A stretch of DNA of 64,000 bases from the IMG/VR virus record IMGVR_UViG_3300021431_000104; one strand, written 5' to 3'. Positions 44,681-55,316 of this stretch are shown piece after piece. The number at the start of each line of letters is the position of its first letter. Positions within the stretch are counted from its first letter, which is position 1. The notes below the pieces were generated by a model that was given only the letters and a program-made list of their open reading frames with translations, was not told the origin of the DNA and made no database searches. Source of the stretch: an uncultured virus (IMG/VR IMGVR_UViG_3300021431_000104) (lineage: Duplodnaviria > Heunggongvirae > Uroviricota > Caudoviricetes). The translations under genes were made by a program, and so were the position numbers.

Positions 44681-47600
44681 CTTGTAATTCTATTGACCAA
44701 ACTGTATCTTGAGAAACTGTTACTACCTGTATACTCTTATCTTGAACCTCTTGACTTTCCCACACTAGATGATCAGGATAGATACCGTCTTCACTTAAAA
44801 CTCTAAAGCTAGCCGAGGTATTTAAATCTACCCAATGACCCTCTTCGAACTTAAATAGGTTAAAGATATAAGTTCCTATTCTATAAGCATAAAAGTTATA
44901 TGGTAAAGAGTGTTGAGATTCTAGTATAGTACCATCTGGTAGTGTTACATTGACTGCTAAGGTTTCATTAGTATACTTAGCACTGCTTATAACCTCTACA
45001 GTAGTACCCACAGCACTACCTTGAAGTATAGCCATCATAGGATTTACTACTAATAAATACTTAATCTCTTCCTTTACTTCAAGGTAAGCATAGTTAATAT
45101 TCTTAGTATCAACCTCCAACTGATTGACCAGGAATAGGTATTTACCTGGCTCTTGAGGACCATATATAGTTTCACCCAGTTGATAAACTGTTCCAGTGAA
45201 CAGCCATCTGCCTTTATAATTGGCAATACCGGTATCTCCTTTACTATAATCCCACTTACGAGTTACTTCATCAAACTCTCCAGGGAATCCCCAATCTTTA
45301 GGTATAGCTTCTTTTAACCAATGCTTATTACTACTAATTGGAGGTAGTACCTCTGGATAATTATGTTTATTATCCTTGTTTAGGTCTAGATCCCAATCAG
45401 AGCCGTCAGCTACTAACTTGTACATATATACTCTAGTATAACCTATGCTGTTGTTAGTAAGTTTCAACTTAAAGTTAGGTATCTCTATAGCAGGATCATA
45501 CCTTACCAAACGTACAGAGTTTAAGTAAGCATCATTGGTTTTGTACCAACCCCACGTTCTCTTACCAGTAATAGGCTCTATATTGAAGTTCTGTCCTGAA
45601 GGAGAAGTCCAAGCTTTACTGATAACCTCTACATCGAAGTATAAGTTACCATCAAACTTTTGAGGTACTACATAAGCATCCAATACCTGATAAGAAGGAG
45701 TACCTGGCCAAGCTTGATCTTTAGCATGTAGTTCTACACAGTACAAACCAGGTGGGTAATTATAATTGGTTAGATAAGTACCATCCCAAGTTAAATCTAT
45801 ATGACCTGATACTTTGTAGTTGGGTAATAGATTTCCTAAATCATCCAACTCATCCCTTTCAGTAACGTGGGTTCCTGTAAATGAACCTATAAGTTGACCA
45901 ATATTGGGTGTACTACCCTTATACAATAAGACTTCAAAATCGAAAGCTTCTGGATCCACCGTTAGAATATCCGAAGCTTCCAATATGGATTTATTAAGAG
46001 TAATATTAAAGTCAAAACCCCAATGAACTATACTACCTTCTTTAGGTGTGTTACTTATAAGGGTACGTAACATGTAATTCTCATCATCCGTCTTATTCCC
46101 ATCGTGTACTTCCAGAAAGTACTTAGCATTGTACTTATTAGATACTACATTGATATCCCTATAGTTACTAGTAGCCTCCTTATACTTGGTATTTATACCA
46201 TAAAACCTATAATGTCCAGGATCTCCTAAGGTGATGGTTTCACCATTATTCCAGAATTGAGATACTGGGTTAGAAATCTCCTTTATGATTACTTCATCAT
46301 CATATAAACCTAAATATTCGAGATATAGGGGATCACTACCGAATATATTATGAGGACATAGGGTTTCTAGACTTTGAACCGTTAAAACCCTTACACTTAC
46401 TCCTGGTACAGGGGTAAGCTCATACTTCTGAGAAGTAGGATTGAAGAATATTCCAGTGTTTTCTAAAATATCTCCCCAACTAAATTCACTCTCTCGGTTA
46501 ACTATACTTCTCTCGGGTGTAGTACCCTCGGTTACGTCGTAAATAACCTCGTCCTCGGCATATATCCTACCTGTAACAGGGTAAAGGGTAACTTCCCGTG
46601 TAAGCTTTTCCCGTGAAAAAGCTCCAGGAGGATGTATGTGGGTAAACTTTATGTACTGACTCTCTGGATGTAGGGGTTTACTTAAAAAGCACAGATAAAA
46701 GGTTAACTTACTCTGCCTAGATTCGGGTTCAAAAGCATCTACCATACCCAAGTCCTTTGACTCAAAGTTAAAATAGGGCTTATTTAAATAATTACCTACC
46801 TTATCTGAGGGTTTGGCTCCCCCATGATCTTCTATAAGAGTTTCCCATAACATACCACTAAGGCTTTCTACGTAGAAAGGTATGGTACTTATATTCTTTA
46901 AAAAAGAACTATTACTAGAAACACTAAGCCTAATATCACAGAATGGGTTCTCATTATCTATGTGGTTATTGTTTAGACCCTCTACTAAAGTTACATCTAA
47001 TACTTCCTTTAATCTAGTTACCTCAATGCTTATTTTATACTCAGGTCTATCCAACATGATAAATTCATAGGTACCTGGATTAAAGATATGTTGAACATAC
47101 GTATGAGTACCAGCATAACTAGAATAATCTACTTCATTACCATCTTTATCTGGTATTTTAGTACCATCCTCTATAAAGGTAAGGTATTCTCCGGTAGTTA
47201 GATTTACTACCTGTTGAGGAGTAAACTGATCATCACGAGGATCTGCATTATTAGTAAGAGTTCGTACCGTTGCAGACTGTATGATAATAGGTATATAAGT
47301 CTGAGTATTACTTAGCTCTCTCTCTACCGCGTTATTATAGTGATTAAATAGGGTATAACTGTAATATTTTTTCCAACCTCTACTACCTTTGTTTATTATA
47401 AAGGGTCTAGTGAAATGGGTTAGATTAAAATCCTCAGGACATATAGTACTAACCCTGGCATGAGGAGCTATAGGTATACCAGTACCAGGATTAATAGTAA
47501 ATACTTTACCATCTTCATACTCTATTTCTGAAAGAGTGGCTGGTCCAAAAGTGATCTTAAAACGTTTAGGTTGATCTTCAATAAAAGCCGGTCTATGGTT

Positions 47601-48650
47601 AAATGGGTATTCATCTACTATCTTAACCATTATCCTTAACGGTGCCCAACTAAAACTAACTACGTTCGGACCACTAGTATATTTAACCTGATACCATCCT
47701 GGGTATTTAGTAGAAGGAACAAACATGGGATTCATTGAGCCAATGTTAGCCCTGTCTACATATAGTTCTACAGATCTATTAACCTTATTTTCAAAACCAT
47801 TTACAACCTTACCCTTTGAAAGTACGTTATCCCATATCAGATGGGGTCTACTACCCATTGGTAAGAAAAGGTTTATAAGGTTAAACATTCTATCCTGTAA
47901 TCTCAGGAAATCACTAGAACTACTATCATAGGTGTGTTCACTTCTTAGTCTGAAATTAACATTGAGGATTACACTATTATTTTCTCGATTGTCTATAGTT
48001 CCTTCATCCAGATTCAACCATTCTGAATCTAACTTGGTCGGCTCAAGTTTACTTTCGAAGATTGATTCAGGGAGACCACCAAAATTATCATTGGTACCAC
48101 TAAAATTATCATCTATACCACTAAAGTCGTAATCTTCTTCTAAACCACTTGCAGGGTAAGTACTACCGTTACTTATAGTAACCTCAAACCCATATAACCT
48201 AAGTAAGATCTGAAAAAACTTTTTAGTTCCTCTTATAGAGAACAAAGCTACAGAATATTTTACTAAAGCTCTTATTTGGTCAAGGGTTAGACTATACTCT
48301 GCACTATCCGAATCTTTACGATATACCCATAATTTACTCAGGGCTTCAATAGTAGTATCATCACTGAATCCATTAAAGTACTGCTTCCATTTATTAGGGT
48401 CTATAGCTTTAGGATTAGCATAAGGCATAGATCCTAAAAATTCCCAGAGATAGCCTAAATATATTTCAGGGGTATGATCAATATCCAGTATATCATCTAG
48501 AGTATCTATATCCTTAACTATCTGATCATCAAAATATTCACCAAAAATGTCCAAATACCTTTCTAATAAACCCTTACCGTTTACCTTATAGGTATCTTGC
48601 TCTTTAAAATAGTAAGGTAATATGTCTATAAGAGATCTTAAGTTTATCAT
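44673..48650 (-). CDS. Large baseplate wedge/tail protein (P2 gpI-like N-terminus)
   Basis: LPYYFKEQD...LERYL...P.IYLGYL...RGTKK; follows the baseplate J gene. Confidence 0.75.
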   Translation of the reverse strand: MINLRSLIDILPYYFKEQDTYKVNGKGLLERYLDIFGEYFDDQIVKDIDTLDDILDIDHTPEIYLGYLWEFLGSMPYANPKAIDPNKWKQYFNGFSDDTTIEALSKLWVYRKDSDSAEYSLTLDQIRALVKYSVALFSIRGTKKFFQILLRLYGFEVTISNGSTYPASGLEEDYDFSGIDDNFSGTNDNFGGLPESIFESKLEPTKLDSEWLNLDEGTIDNRENNSVILNVNFRLRSEHTYDSSSSDFLRLQDRMFNLINLFLPMGSRPHLIWDNVLSKGKVVNGFENKVNRSVELYVDRANIGSMNPMFVPSTKYPGWYQVKYTSGPNVVSFSWAPLRIMVKIVDEYPFNHRPAFIEDQPKRFKITFGPATLSEIEYEDGKVFTINPGTGIPIAPHARVSTICPEDFNLTHFTRPFIINKGSRGWKKYYSYTLFNHYNNAVERELSNTQTYIPIIIQSATVRTLTNNADPRDDQFTPQQVVNLTTGEYLTFIEDGTKIPDKDGNEVDYSSYAGTHTYVQHIFNPGTYEFIMLDRPEYKISIEVTRLKEVLDVTLVEGLNNNHIDNENPFCDIRLSVSSNSSFLKNISTIPFYVESLSGMLWETLIEDHGGAKPSDKVGNYLNKPYFNFESKDLGMVDAFEPESRQSKLTFYLCFLSKPLHPESQYIKFTHIHPPGAFSREKLTREVTLYPVTGRIYAEDEVIYDVTEGTTPERSIVNRESEFSWGDILENTGIFFNPTSQKYELTPVPGVSVRVLTVQSLETLCPHNIFGSDPLYLEYLGLYDDEVIIKEISNPVSQFWNNGETITLGDPGHYRFYGINTKYKEATSNYRDINVVSNKYNAKYFLEVHDGNKTDDENYMLRTLISNTPKEGSIVHWGFDFNITLNKSILEASDILTVDPEAFDFEVLLYKGSTPNIGQLIGSFTGTHVTERDELDDLGNLLPNYKVSGHIDLTWDGTYLTNYNYPPGLYCVELHAKDQAWPGTPSYQVLDAYVVPQKFDGNLYFDVEVISKAWTSPSGQNFNIEPITGKRTWGWYKTNDAYLNSVRLVRYDPAIEIPNFKLKLTNNSIGYTRVYMYKLVADGSDWDLDLNKDNKHNYPEVLPPISSNKHWLKEAIPKDWGFPGEFDEVTRKWDYSKGDTGIANYKGRWLFTGTVYQLGETIYGPQEPGKYLFLVNQLEVDTKNINYAYLEVKEEIKYLLVVNPMMAILQGSAVGTTVEVISSAKYTNETLAVNVTLPDGTILESQHSLPYNFYAYRIGTYIFNLFKFEEGHWVDLNTSASFRVLSEDGIYPDHLVWESQEVQDKSIQVVTVSQDTVWSIELQDE

Positions 48651-50389
48651 ATTGTTTCTACTATATTGAGGGTTAAATCGGTATCTCTTGCAAAAATAGG
48701 TACTGTATATCCTGTATCTACATAATCATTATTTATTTGTGATATAATGATTTTGAAGATATTACCTACTCTGGCTATATCTGAACTAGCCTGTGAAGGA
48801 GATAGGAAAGTACAGTTAAAGTAAACCTTATGTACGGAATCTTCAATAGTTACGGGAGAAGATGTACTTAAATCAGAAACCTGATACAAGCCATCACTAG
48901 AGATAAGATCCAGTAGTGAGTTTGCTTTAAAGGTTAATATGTAAGTTACTGAAGATTCTGCAGAGATAAGCTCAAATGATTGAGGAGTAAAACCTATACC
49001 GAAGTTGACTGGTATAGCATAGGGTCTTACATAGAACTTATTTATCCTAAGGTAGTCTATACTGGGTAAACCATCGATAAGAGCATATAGGTCAGATATT
49101 CTTATGGTACCTCCAATATTAGATGCTTGAGCATTGTAAGTAGTATATAAAGCTGTACGTACATGAGTAAGTATATCTGTAGCTTTATAGTTAGGTTTAC
49201 CAGTAATATCTATGTCTAATACTATATCTGAGGTACCGAGAGAGTATACCTTTAGTATAATACCCAGAGGTAAGTAAGGATTTAATTTATTCCATACTCT
49301 CTGTTTTAAAGCTTCAGAAGCCTGTAAATCGCCCAATACGTTAGAATTACTGGGATAGATGTACAAAGCTACTTTTCTACCATACAGCTGTTCTACTTTA
49401 GCCTTACCAACTCCAGGTACTAATAAAGCTAGATCCTCATAATCTCTTTTAGTTACGGCTACTCCCTGAGTTCTTACCTGAAGAGGTATACGTTCTCTCA
49501 TGGATTCTATATTCTCATAATCAGAACCACCTGTAGCTGGATAGGGGTTAGTAGTAACCATACCATCCACAAGGTTAACGGTTATAGTTCCAGCTTCTAC
49601 ATTACCAACAGCACCCTTAGTTAAATAACAAGTAGCTGCACTTATAACACCTTGAGAAGGCATAGTAGAACCAAAGGTACCATCTCCGAAGATAATGACC
49701 AGATTATTTAGATTATCTACTTCTACTCTAAAGTGTTTATCGTTAGGCCTAGAATAAGCAAAGGTATCTACTAATGTATAGTGTTCACTATTTATGGTTA
49801 AGTCCATAGTACCATGCTCATAAAACTCTCCTGAAGGTATCTCTCCCGGATTAAAGATTATCCTATCTGTATCAGTTGGTAAGCTTAAACCCTGAAGACT
49901 GTCTATGTTGTAGAGCCTATGCTGTATAACAGGTACTCGAACCTGACTAGTATATGGTGGTATGAATACATTAGTACTTACCATCCAAGTCGTACCATCT
50001 TGTTCAAAAGTATAACCAACTGGAATATTATGAGAAGTACTGGAACCACTGCTATCCTTATCTCCCCGAGTTAAAACTAAGTCTACAGTAGCTGCTATTG
50101 CTGCTTTTGGATAATAGCCCACTAAACTACCCAAAGCTTGTACAGAAGTATACCTTCTGGCAGTAGAAAGGAAAAACTCTCTAATCTTAGTATCTATGTA
50201 GTAGTGTAATACTTCAGCTATAGCTGCAAACATAGAGATTATTAATACCAAGATATTACCTTCTGATACATCGGTAATTAACTGATTACCATCTTTATCA
50301 GTGATAGATTTAAGTCCCTCTACCAGCCTTTGTTTAATCTGATGAAAAGATCTATGATATGGATTTAACCATGGATTTGTTATATTCAT
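48647..50389 (-). CDS. Baseplate wedge protein (gpJ/T4 gp6-like)
   Basis: FLSTARR...LVGY, FGDG.FG, GGSDYE, AVTKRDYE. Confidence 0.9.
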   Translation of the reverse strand: MNITNPWLNPYHRSFHQIKQRLVEGLKSITDKDGNQLITDVSEGNILVLIISMFAAIAEVLHYYIDTKIREFFLSTARRYTSVQALGSLVGYYPKAAIAATVDLVLTRGDKDSSGSSTSHNIPVGYTFEQDGTTWMVSTNVFIPPYTSQVRVPVIQHRLYNIDSLQGLSLPTDTDRIIFNPGEIPSGEFYEHGTMDLTINSEHYTLVDTFAYSRPNDKHFRVEVDNLNNLVIIFGDGTFGSTMPSQGVISAATCYLTKGAVGNVEAGTITVNLVDGMVTTNPYPATGGSDYENIESMRERIPLQVRTQGVAVTKRDYEDLALLVPGVGKAKVEQLYGRKVALYIYPSNSNVLGDLQASEALKQRVWNKLNPYLPLGIILKVYSLGTSDIVLDIDITGKPNYKATDILTHVRTALYTTYNAQASNIGGTIRISDLYALIDGLPSIDYLRINKFYVRPYAIPVNFGIGFTPQSFELISAESSVTYILTFKANSLLDLISSDGLYQVSDLSTSSPVTIEDSVHKVYFNCTFLSPSQASSDIARVGNIFKIIISQINNDYVDTGYTVPIFARDTDLTLNIVETI

Positions 50390-50401
50390 GTTGTATGAGT
50401 T

Positions 50402-50800
50402 TTAAAGTTCATAGGTAGCTCCAACTACATCCCCAAAATTAGTATCTTTTAGGTTATAGTGTATAAAGATTGATAATTTGCTGTTTTGTCGGACAAGCTC
50501 GGTTTTAGTAATACTAATCCTACTCTCCCACTTTAATAAAGCCTGTCTAACAAACTGATTAACTAAGAAGGCTTGAGCCTGAGTGTTGGGTTCTTCTATA
50601 CATTCCCAAAGCCTTGTTCCAAAATCCTCTTGCCTAAGCCTATAACCCAGTTCATACTGTATAATTGAATTTAGGTTATGTAAAATAAGTTCTGGAGTTC
50701 CTTTTACTGGATATACTCCTGTCTCCCCTCTAGCATTTTTAGTAATACTAAATGGAAATAATACTCCAGAACCGATGGTTTTTTCTAGAATGTTTGCCAT
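50402..50800 (-). CDS. Baseplate gp25/gpW-like sheath initiator
   Basis: G.R....DFGTRL...EP...WESRI. Confidence 0.9.
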   Translation of the reverse strand: MANILEKTIGSGVLFPFSITKNARGETGVYPVKGTPELILHNLNSIIQYELGYRLRQEDFGTRLWECIEEPNTQAQAFLVNQFVRQALLKWESRISITKTELVRQNSKLSIFIHYNLKDTNFGDVVGATYEL

Positions 50801-51519
50801 TAGTGTAAAAATGTTTTATCTTCATATTCTTCTTTATTAAAAGAACTAAATGGGCTTGTGGCTTGTTGAGGAGTAGTAGAAGAGGATGAACCAGGAGAAG
50901 AGGATATATGAGTGTGATTATTAAAGTTTGTTCTAAACTCCTCTAACTCACTCTGTAACTTATTAAGCTTATCTGTAAGATCATCTATGTTTATTAAACC
51001 GCCCTTTTCACCATCATGTCCAAATATACCTTCTTTAGCATCTAAGATAATACTGCCTTTTTTAGTAGTAAGCTGGATATTACCCTCCTCGCTTACTACT
51101 AAAACATCTCCATATACAGATACTGTAAGATGTCCTTCATCCTCATCTAAAAACACCTTATTACCCTTAGGAGTAACAAAACCAAGTACATTATTCTTAG
51201 ATAACTCTTCAGGACACTCACTTAAGCCCCATCCGCAATATTCCCAGAGAGGCTTAGAGGGATTACCATTCTCAAATGATACCCATACTAAATCCTTAAC
51301 TTTTGGAGTTAGATATTTTATACCACTATCCATGGAACCCTGTTGATTCATGGGTAAAGCCCAGTCTATAATACCTCCGTGTATATCTGGTACAGCTACT
51401 TTAAGACGATTCATAGAATAAGGATCATCATCATCTACTACTATACCTTTATACCTTGAGTAGTATCTGCCAAAAGCTTCTATACCCTGATTTACGATAA
51501 TTCCTGTAATATCTGACAT
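50800..51519 (-). CDS. Baseplate spike (gpV/gp5 OB-fold)
   Basis: GIVVD..DP....RLKV.VP, WA.P, VWVSFENGNP..P, HTH tip. Confidence 0.9.
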   Translation of the reverse strand: MSDITGIIVNQGIEAFGRYYSRYKGIVVDDDDPYSMNRLKVAVPDIHGGIIDWALPMNQQGSMDSGIKYLTPKVKDLVWVSFENGNPSKPLWEYCGWGLSECPEELSKNNVLGFVTPKGNKVFLDEDEGHLTVSVYGDVLVVSEEGNIQLTTKKGSIILDAKEGIFGHDGEKGGLINIDDLTDKLNKLQSELEEFRTNFNNHTHISSSPGSSSSTTPQQATSPFSSFNKEEYEDKTFLH

Positions 51520-51522
51520 AGC

Positions 51523-53406
51523 TTAATTGTTTTTACTGTATCTCTTAAAATTATCTGCCTTCTTTCTTAGCAAATCATATACCTTACTTGAGTATACCCT
51601 TTTGAAGTTATTAAAGTTCTTATCATGAGGTGGTAGAGTAGAAGTATACCAAACTTTAGATACCTTACTGCCGTCCATCTGAACATGTTTATGATATACA
51701 CCTTGTTTTTGAGCTCCGGGCTTATTAGCTGCTCTAAGGTATAGATTGTAAGATACTTCTATAGCAGCATTAGTCTGATCATTTATATTGTTCTTAGTGT
51801 TAAAGTATTCTACCTCATCCTGAGTAATAAGGCTGTAATCTATATATACATTACCTTGACTTACGGGTTGTTCTTCACCACCTCCTTGAGCCCTCATAGT
51901 AGGTTTAGAAGTACCAAGCCCAACTTTTACACTATCAGTTTGAGAAGCCGCTTTATAGTTAGCAGGAGATAGTGTTAAAGAACAAGTATAACCATCAGAT
52001 GATAGCCTATGTATAACTCTCTTAACATGATAATCTCCAGATCTAAAACCTATGTTATCTATGTGAAGTATAGAAGCAGTAGTTAATTGTGGTCTACCTA
52101 CTACCCTCATTTCTACTTCCAATCTTTTTTCGGTAATTTTACGGGTATTATTACCCATAGCATTATTGAGGAGGTAGTTTAAGTATTGCTTCTGGGGACT
52201 ATCTAAGTACCTACTATAGTAATCGCTTACAAACTGAACAGCAGACATTTGGTAAACAGTCCTCTTTTTATAAGCTACCTGTACCTGAATGTTAGTATAT
52301 TGAGGAGAAGCTGTGGGATAAGTTTGGTAGGTGTAGGTAGGTTTACGTACTACTACAAACTGTTTCCTAAATTTTTTTCTAAGATACTGCTCTAAAGAAA
52401 AAGCAAAGTCTCCACCTTTAAGGCTACCAACTGAACCATTATTAAATACATAGCTAGCACCTATGGGCTTACCCTTACTATTGTAAGCAGGTATAAAAGT
52501 ATTATTTCCTACTAAGTCTTTTAAAGATTTACTTTCGGTTAGAGTCATGTAAGTACCTAAATCGATATTTACTTTATCCTGACCAAACCAAGTTTTTAAA
52601 ACTCCCTGGATCTTATTTTTATCATTTCCGGCAGCTTTAAGCTCCTCCTTAAATGATTGTTCTCCCGGACTCCCATGAGCCAAGTTTTTGCTTTGGAAAA
52701 GACTTTGGACCATATTAACAAGAGTTTTATCACCTCCTTTAATAAAGTTTTCATAACTACTTTTTACAAAACTTTTTCCTTTATTATCCATATCAGCCTG
52801 TATTTCCTGGGGAGATACTTCTGGAAATCTGTAGTGGGTTTCATAATAACCCCTCTCACTGTCAATATCGGGATTAAAATAATCGGGAGAAGAAGAAGCC
52901 TGCAACTGAGGACCCTCTTGGGCTTTGGCCTGCTCAGCAAGGTCTGCTTCTGTACCTACAGACATACCAGTTGAGGTAGATTTTATGTTTTTACTATAGG
53001 CATCAAAAGACATCGTAGAACCTCTTGGAGCATTCCTGGTCCTATAACTGGTTTTAAAATTTATAGACAGTACTTCTCCATTCTCTTGGGCATACACATA
53101 ATTGTATGAACTTGGTATAGAGTAAGGTTTATTATGTATATATAATACTTCACCTCTACAATCTATATACCAAGGCCCTTTCTCTAATCTCTCTAGAGCC
53201 TTCTGTAGTTGGACTATTGGATTATTACCTATAAAGATAGATTCAGAAGTTAAAGCATCTCTAACTCGTTGGTCCATCTCTACGGGAGTACCCGTAAAGG
53301 TATTAGCAAAAATAACAGTACCCTTTCCTATGGGGTGATCTGAGGTAGTAGTCTGGATTTGTTGAAAAACCTGATGATCTACTAATTGGGATATTTTATC
53401 ATTCAT
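51523..53406 (-). CDS. Baseplate hub, C-terminal part (gpD/gp27-like)
   Basis: VGRPQL...I...G..SGDYHVKRVIH...GYTC.L. Confidence 0.7.
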   Translation of the reverse strand: MNDKISQLVDHQVFQQIQTTTSDHPIGKGTVIFANTFTGTPVEMDQRVRDALTSESIFIGNNPIVQLQKALERLEKGPWYIDCRGEVLYIHNKPYSIPSSYNYVYAQENGEVLSINFKTSYRTRNAPRGSTMSFDAYSKNIKSTSTGMSVGTEADLAEQAKAQEGPQLQASSSPDYFNPDIDSERGYYETHYRFPEVSPQEIQADMDNKGKSFVKSSYENFIKGGDKTLVNMVQSLFQSKNLAHGSPGEQSFKEELKAAGNDKNKIQGVLKTWFGQDKVNIDLGTYMTLTESKSLKDLVGNNTFIPAYNSKGKPIGASYVFNNGSVGSLKGGDFAFSLEQYLRKKFRKQFVVVRKPTYTYQTYPTASPQYTNIQVQVAYKKRTVYQMSAVQFVSDYYSRYLDSPQKQYLNYLLNNAMGNNTRKITEKRLEVEMRVVGRPQLTTASILHIDNIGFRSGDYHVKRVIHRLSSDGYTCSLTLSPANYKAASQTDSVKVGLGTSKPTMRAQGGGEEQPVSQGNVYIDYSLITQDEVEYFNTKNNINDQTNAAIEVSYNLYLRAANKPGAQKQGVYHKHVQMDGSKVSKVWYTSTLPPHDKNFNNFKRVYSSKVYDLLRKKADNFKRYSKNN

Positions 53407-53906
53407 ACAAAAGCTTCTATTATTACGGGCATATCTAAGTCGCAGCCGTTCTCTAGATACTTGTCTAGAGTTTTATTATCATCTCCATTGGGTTTTACTG
53501 GTAAACTTAATAATAAGTCGGCTTTGACATCTAAACAAACTAATGAACTATGTACGCCTTGATCATCGAAGGTTACATTATAATCTCGAACTTTCAAAGA
53601 TACAGCTTCACTCGATACAGAAGATCCATCTGGATAAATATATCCCCACTGAACAAATATGATCATACCTTCAGGGAAGGATTTTTCATCTACTACATCT
53701 GGGTCTCCGCAGTCAAAAGTAACGGTACACTCATTGAGCTTTTCTTCATCATATTTATATTCGAATTGACTTATATACGCTCCAAGAGGCACTCCAGTAA
53801 TTGGATGTAATACCGGAGTGCCTACTTCACTAAAGATAGCTAAGTAAGGAGTAGCTGTACCCTGATTTAAGATACTTGGGTTAGATTTAGTTTTAATTTC
53901 CGCCAT
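53403..53906 (-). CDS. Baseplate hub, N-terminal part (gpD-like)
   Basis: ISQFEY...C.VTF...VQWGY pattern. Confidence 0.65.
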   Translation of the reverse strand: MAEIKTKSNPSILNQGTATPYLAIFSEVGTPVLHPITGVPLGAYISQFEYKYDEEKLNECTVTFDCGDPDVVDEKSFPEGMIIFVQWGYIYPDGSSVSSEAVSLKVRDYNVTFDDQGVHSSLVCLDVKADLLLSLPVKPNGDDNKTLDKYLENGCDLDMPVIIEAFV

Positions 53907-54174
53907 ACTGAGGTATTCTTAGTAACTGTCCTGGATAAAACTGTTTTATATCTAGAGGATTCTGAATATCGTTAGCTATAGCAATAATATACCATAAGCC
54001 AGAATCATCGTAGTAAGTATGAGCAATACCCTGTAGAGTATCTCCTTCCTTTACGGTATAGTTTAAATCCTCATCGGTAATAGTTACGCTCTCTCTAATA
54101 GGTTCTAGGCTTATAGAACCATCGCCATAGTCAACAACTACGGAGGAATCATAGGGACTTTTTACGCTTGCCAT
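53893..54174 (-). CDS. LysM-domain baseplate protein (gpX-like)
   Basis: YTVKEGDTLQGIA..YY....W..IA.AN.I.NP...PGQ.LRIP. Confidence 0.9.
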   Translation of the reverse strand: MASVKSPYDSSVVVDYGDGSISLEPIRESVTITDEDLNYTVKEGDTLQGIAHTYYDDSGLWYIIAIANDIQNPLDIKQFYPGQLLRIPQYGGN

Positions 54175-55316
54175 AGTGAAGATTGATTATCTTTTGGATT
54201 AGCAATAGTTTTCTTATTACCCGTACCTATACCTTTAATACCTGTCAGTTTATTTGGGTCATAGATACTAGAGTAGGTAGGGTTAGTACCGCTTACTCGA
54301 GAAAATATTAATTCTTGAGTAGCTGCCATTGGGTATAACTTACCATCTTGCCAAGTAGAATCAGTAGATCTACGGTCGATATAACCATCCCTAAACTGCT
54401 TAAGTACATAGGTAGCTGAAGTAAGGATGAAGTAGGCATTATCGAATATACCAGAACCTCCCCAGTCTATCTGTAGTACTGGTGGGCCTGCAGCATAACC
54501 ATTGGATTTAGACCAAGCTTCCAGTAACCTACATTTTTGGATTACTTCCCAAGGCCTAACTGGATCATTACAGAACCAAGATACTTGAAGCTGTAATTTG
54601 TCTTCAGCTCCCGTAAAGTGATACATGGGTACATTCCTACCGAAAGACTTGATAGCAGCCCAAGAAGTTTCTCCTTGAAATTCTACTTCTGGTGGCCTGT
54701 TCTGTAAAATGATATACTGGTAATTTTCTCCGTTACCGTTTAGGTTAAAGATGATTACTTCATTCCTACGGTGATTCCTGATAGAATCGTGTAAGGTGGT
54801 TTTTTCTGTAGCTGTCCTGAATACCTTGAAAGTCTTAGTACTTGGAGTATCTATGGGTAGAGTTTCAAAATGTTCTCCATCTACTTCTCCTGATGGTCTA
54901 GTTAAACCATTTCGTACTTTATACCTCCATAGTATATTATTTCTCCGATTCATTTCCGGGATAGAATAACCACCTCCTTGCTTTAGATCTGGGTAGGGTA
55001 GTTTATTAGGGATAAAAGTACTTCCATTACTATCCCTTGGTAAACCTATAGTTCTACCAGTAGCCGGTCCACCAAGCCTATCGAGGAGTATCTTAGCCCT
55101 CCATAGTTTATTGATATCTCCATTAGTTAAACCAGAGGTTTTTTCTACAAAACCTTGGGATAAATCGGAAAATATCCCACTGAGGGTAGTACCTGCATAG
55201 TTAAGGGGATTTTTTAAATTCTGTATATTACCGAACCTAGATTTACCTTGCCTTTCATAAAGCTTTTCTCTAAGTTCGTGAGTATTGGATTTTAAAGTAG
55301 CCATAGTTATCTCCAT
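54162..55316 (-). CDS. Tail tube initiator-like protein
   Basis: Follows the tape measure gene; GRNVP...FTG, PPVL..WG, F.D...P..A motifs. Confidence 0.65.
   Translation of the reverse strand: MEITMATLKSNTHELREKLYERQGKSRFGNIQNLKNPLNYAGTTLSGIFSDLSQGFVEKTSGLTNGDINKLWRAKILLDRLGGPATGRTIGLPRDSNGSTFIPNKLPYPDLKQGGGYSIPEMNRRNNILWRYKVRNGLTRPSGEVDGEHFETLPIDTPSTKTFKVFRTATEKTTLHDSIRNHRRNEVIIFNLNGNGENYQYIILQNRPPEVEFQGETSWAAIKSFGRNVPMYHFTGAEDKLQLQVSWFCNDPVRPWEVIQKCRLLEAWSKSNGYAAGPPVLQIDWGGSGIFDNAYFILTSATYVLKQFRDGYIDRRSTDSTWQDGKLYPMAATQELIFSRVSGTNPTYSSIYDPNKLTGIKGIGTGNKKTIANPKDNQSSLWQA

Noticed and set aside
42824..48650. Diversity-generating retroelement or invertible tail-fibre cassette
   Set aside because: No reverse transcriptase, recombinase or template/variable repeat pair was seen in the window.
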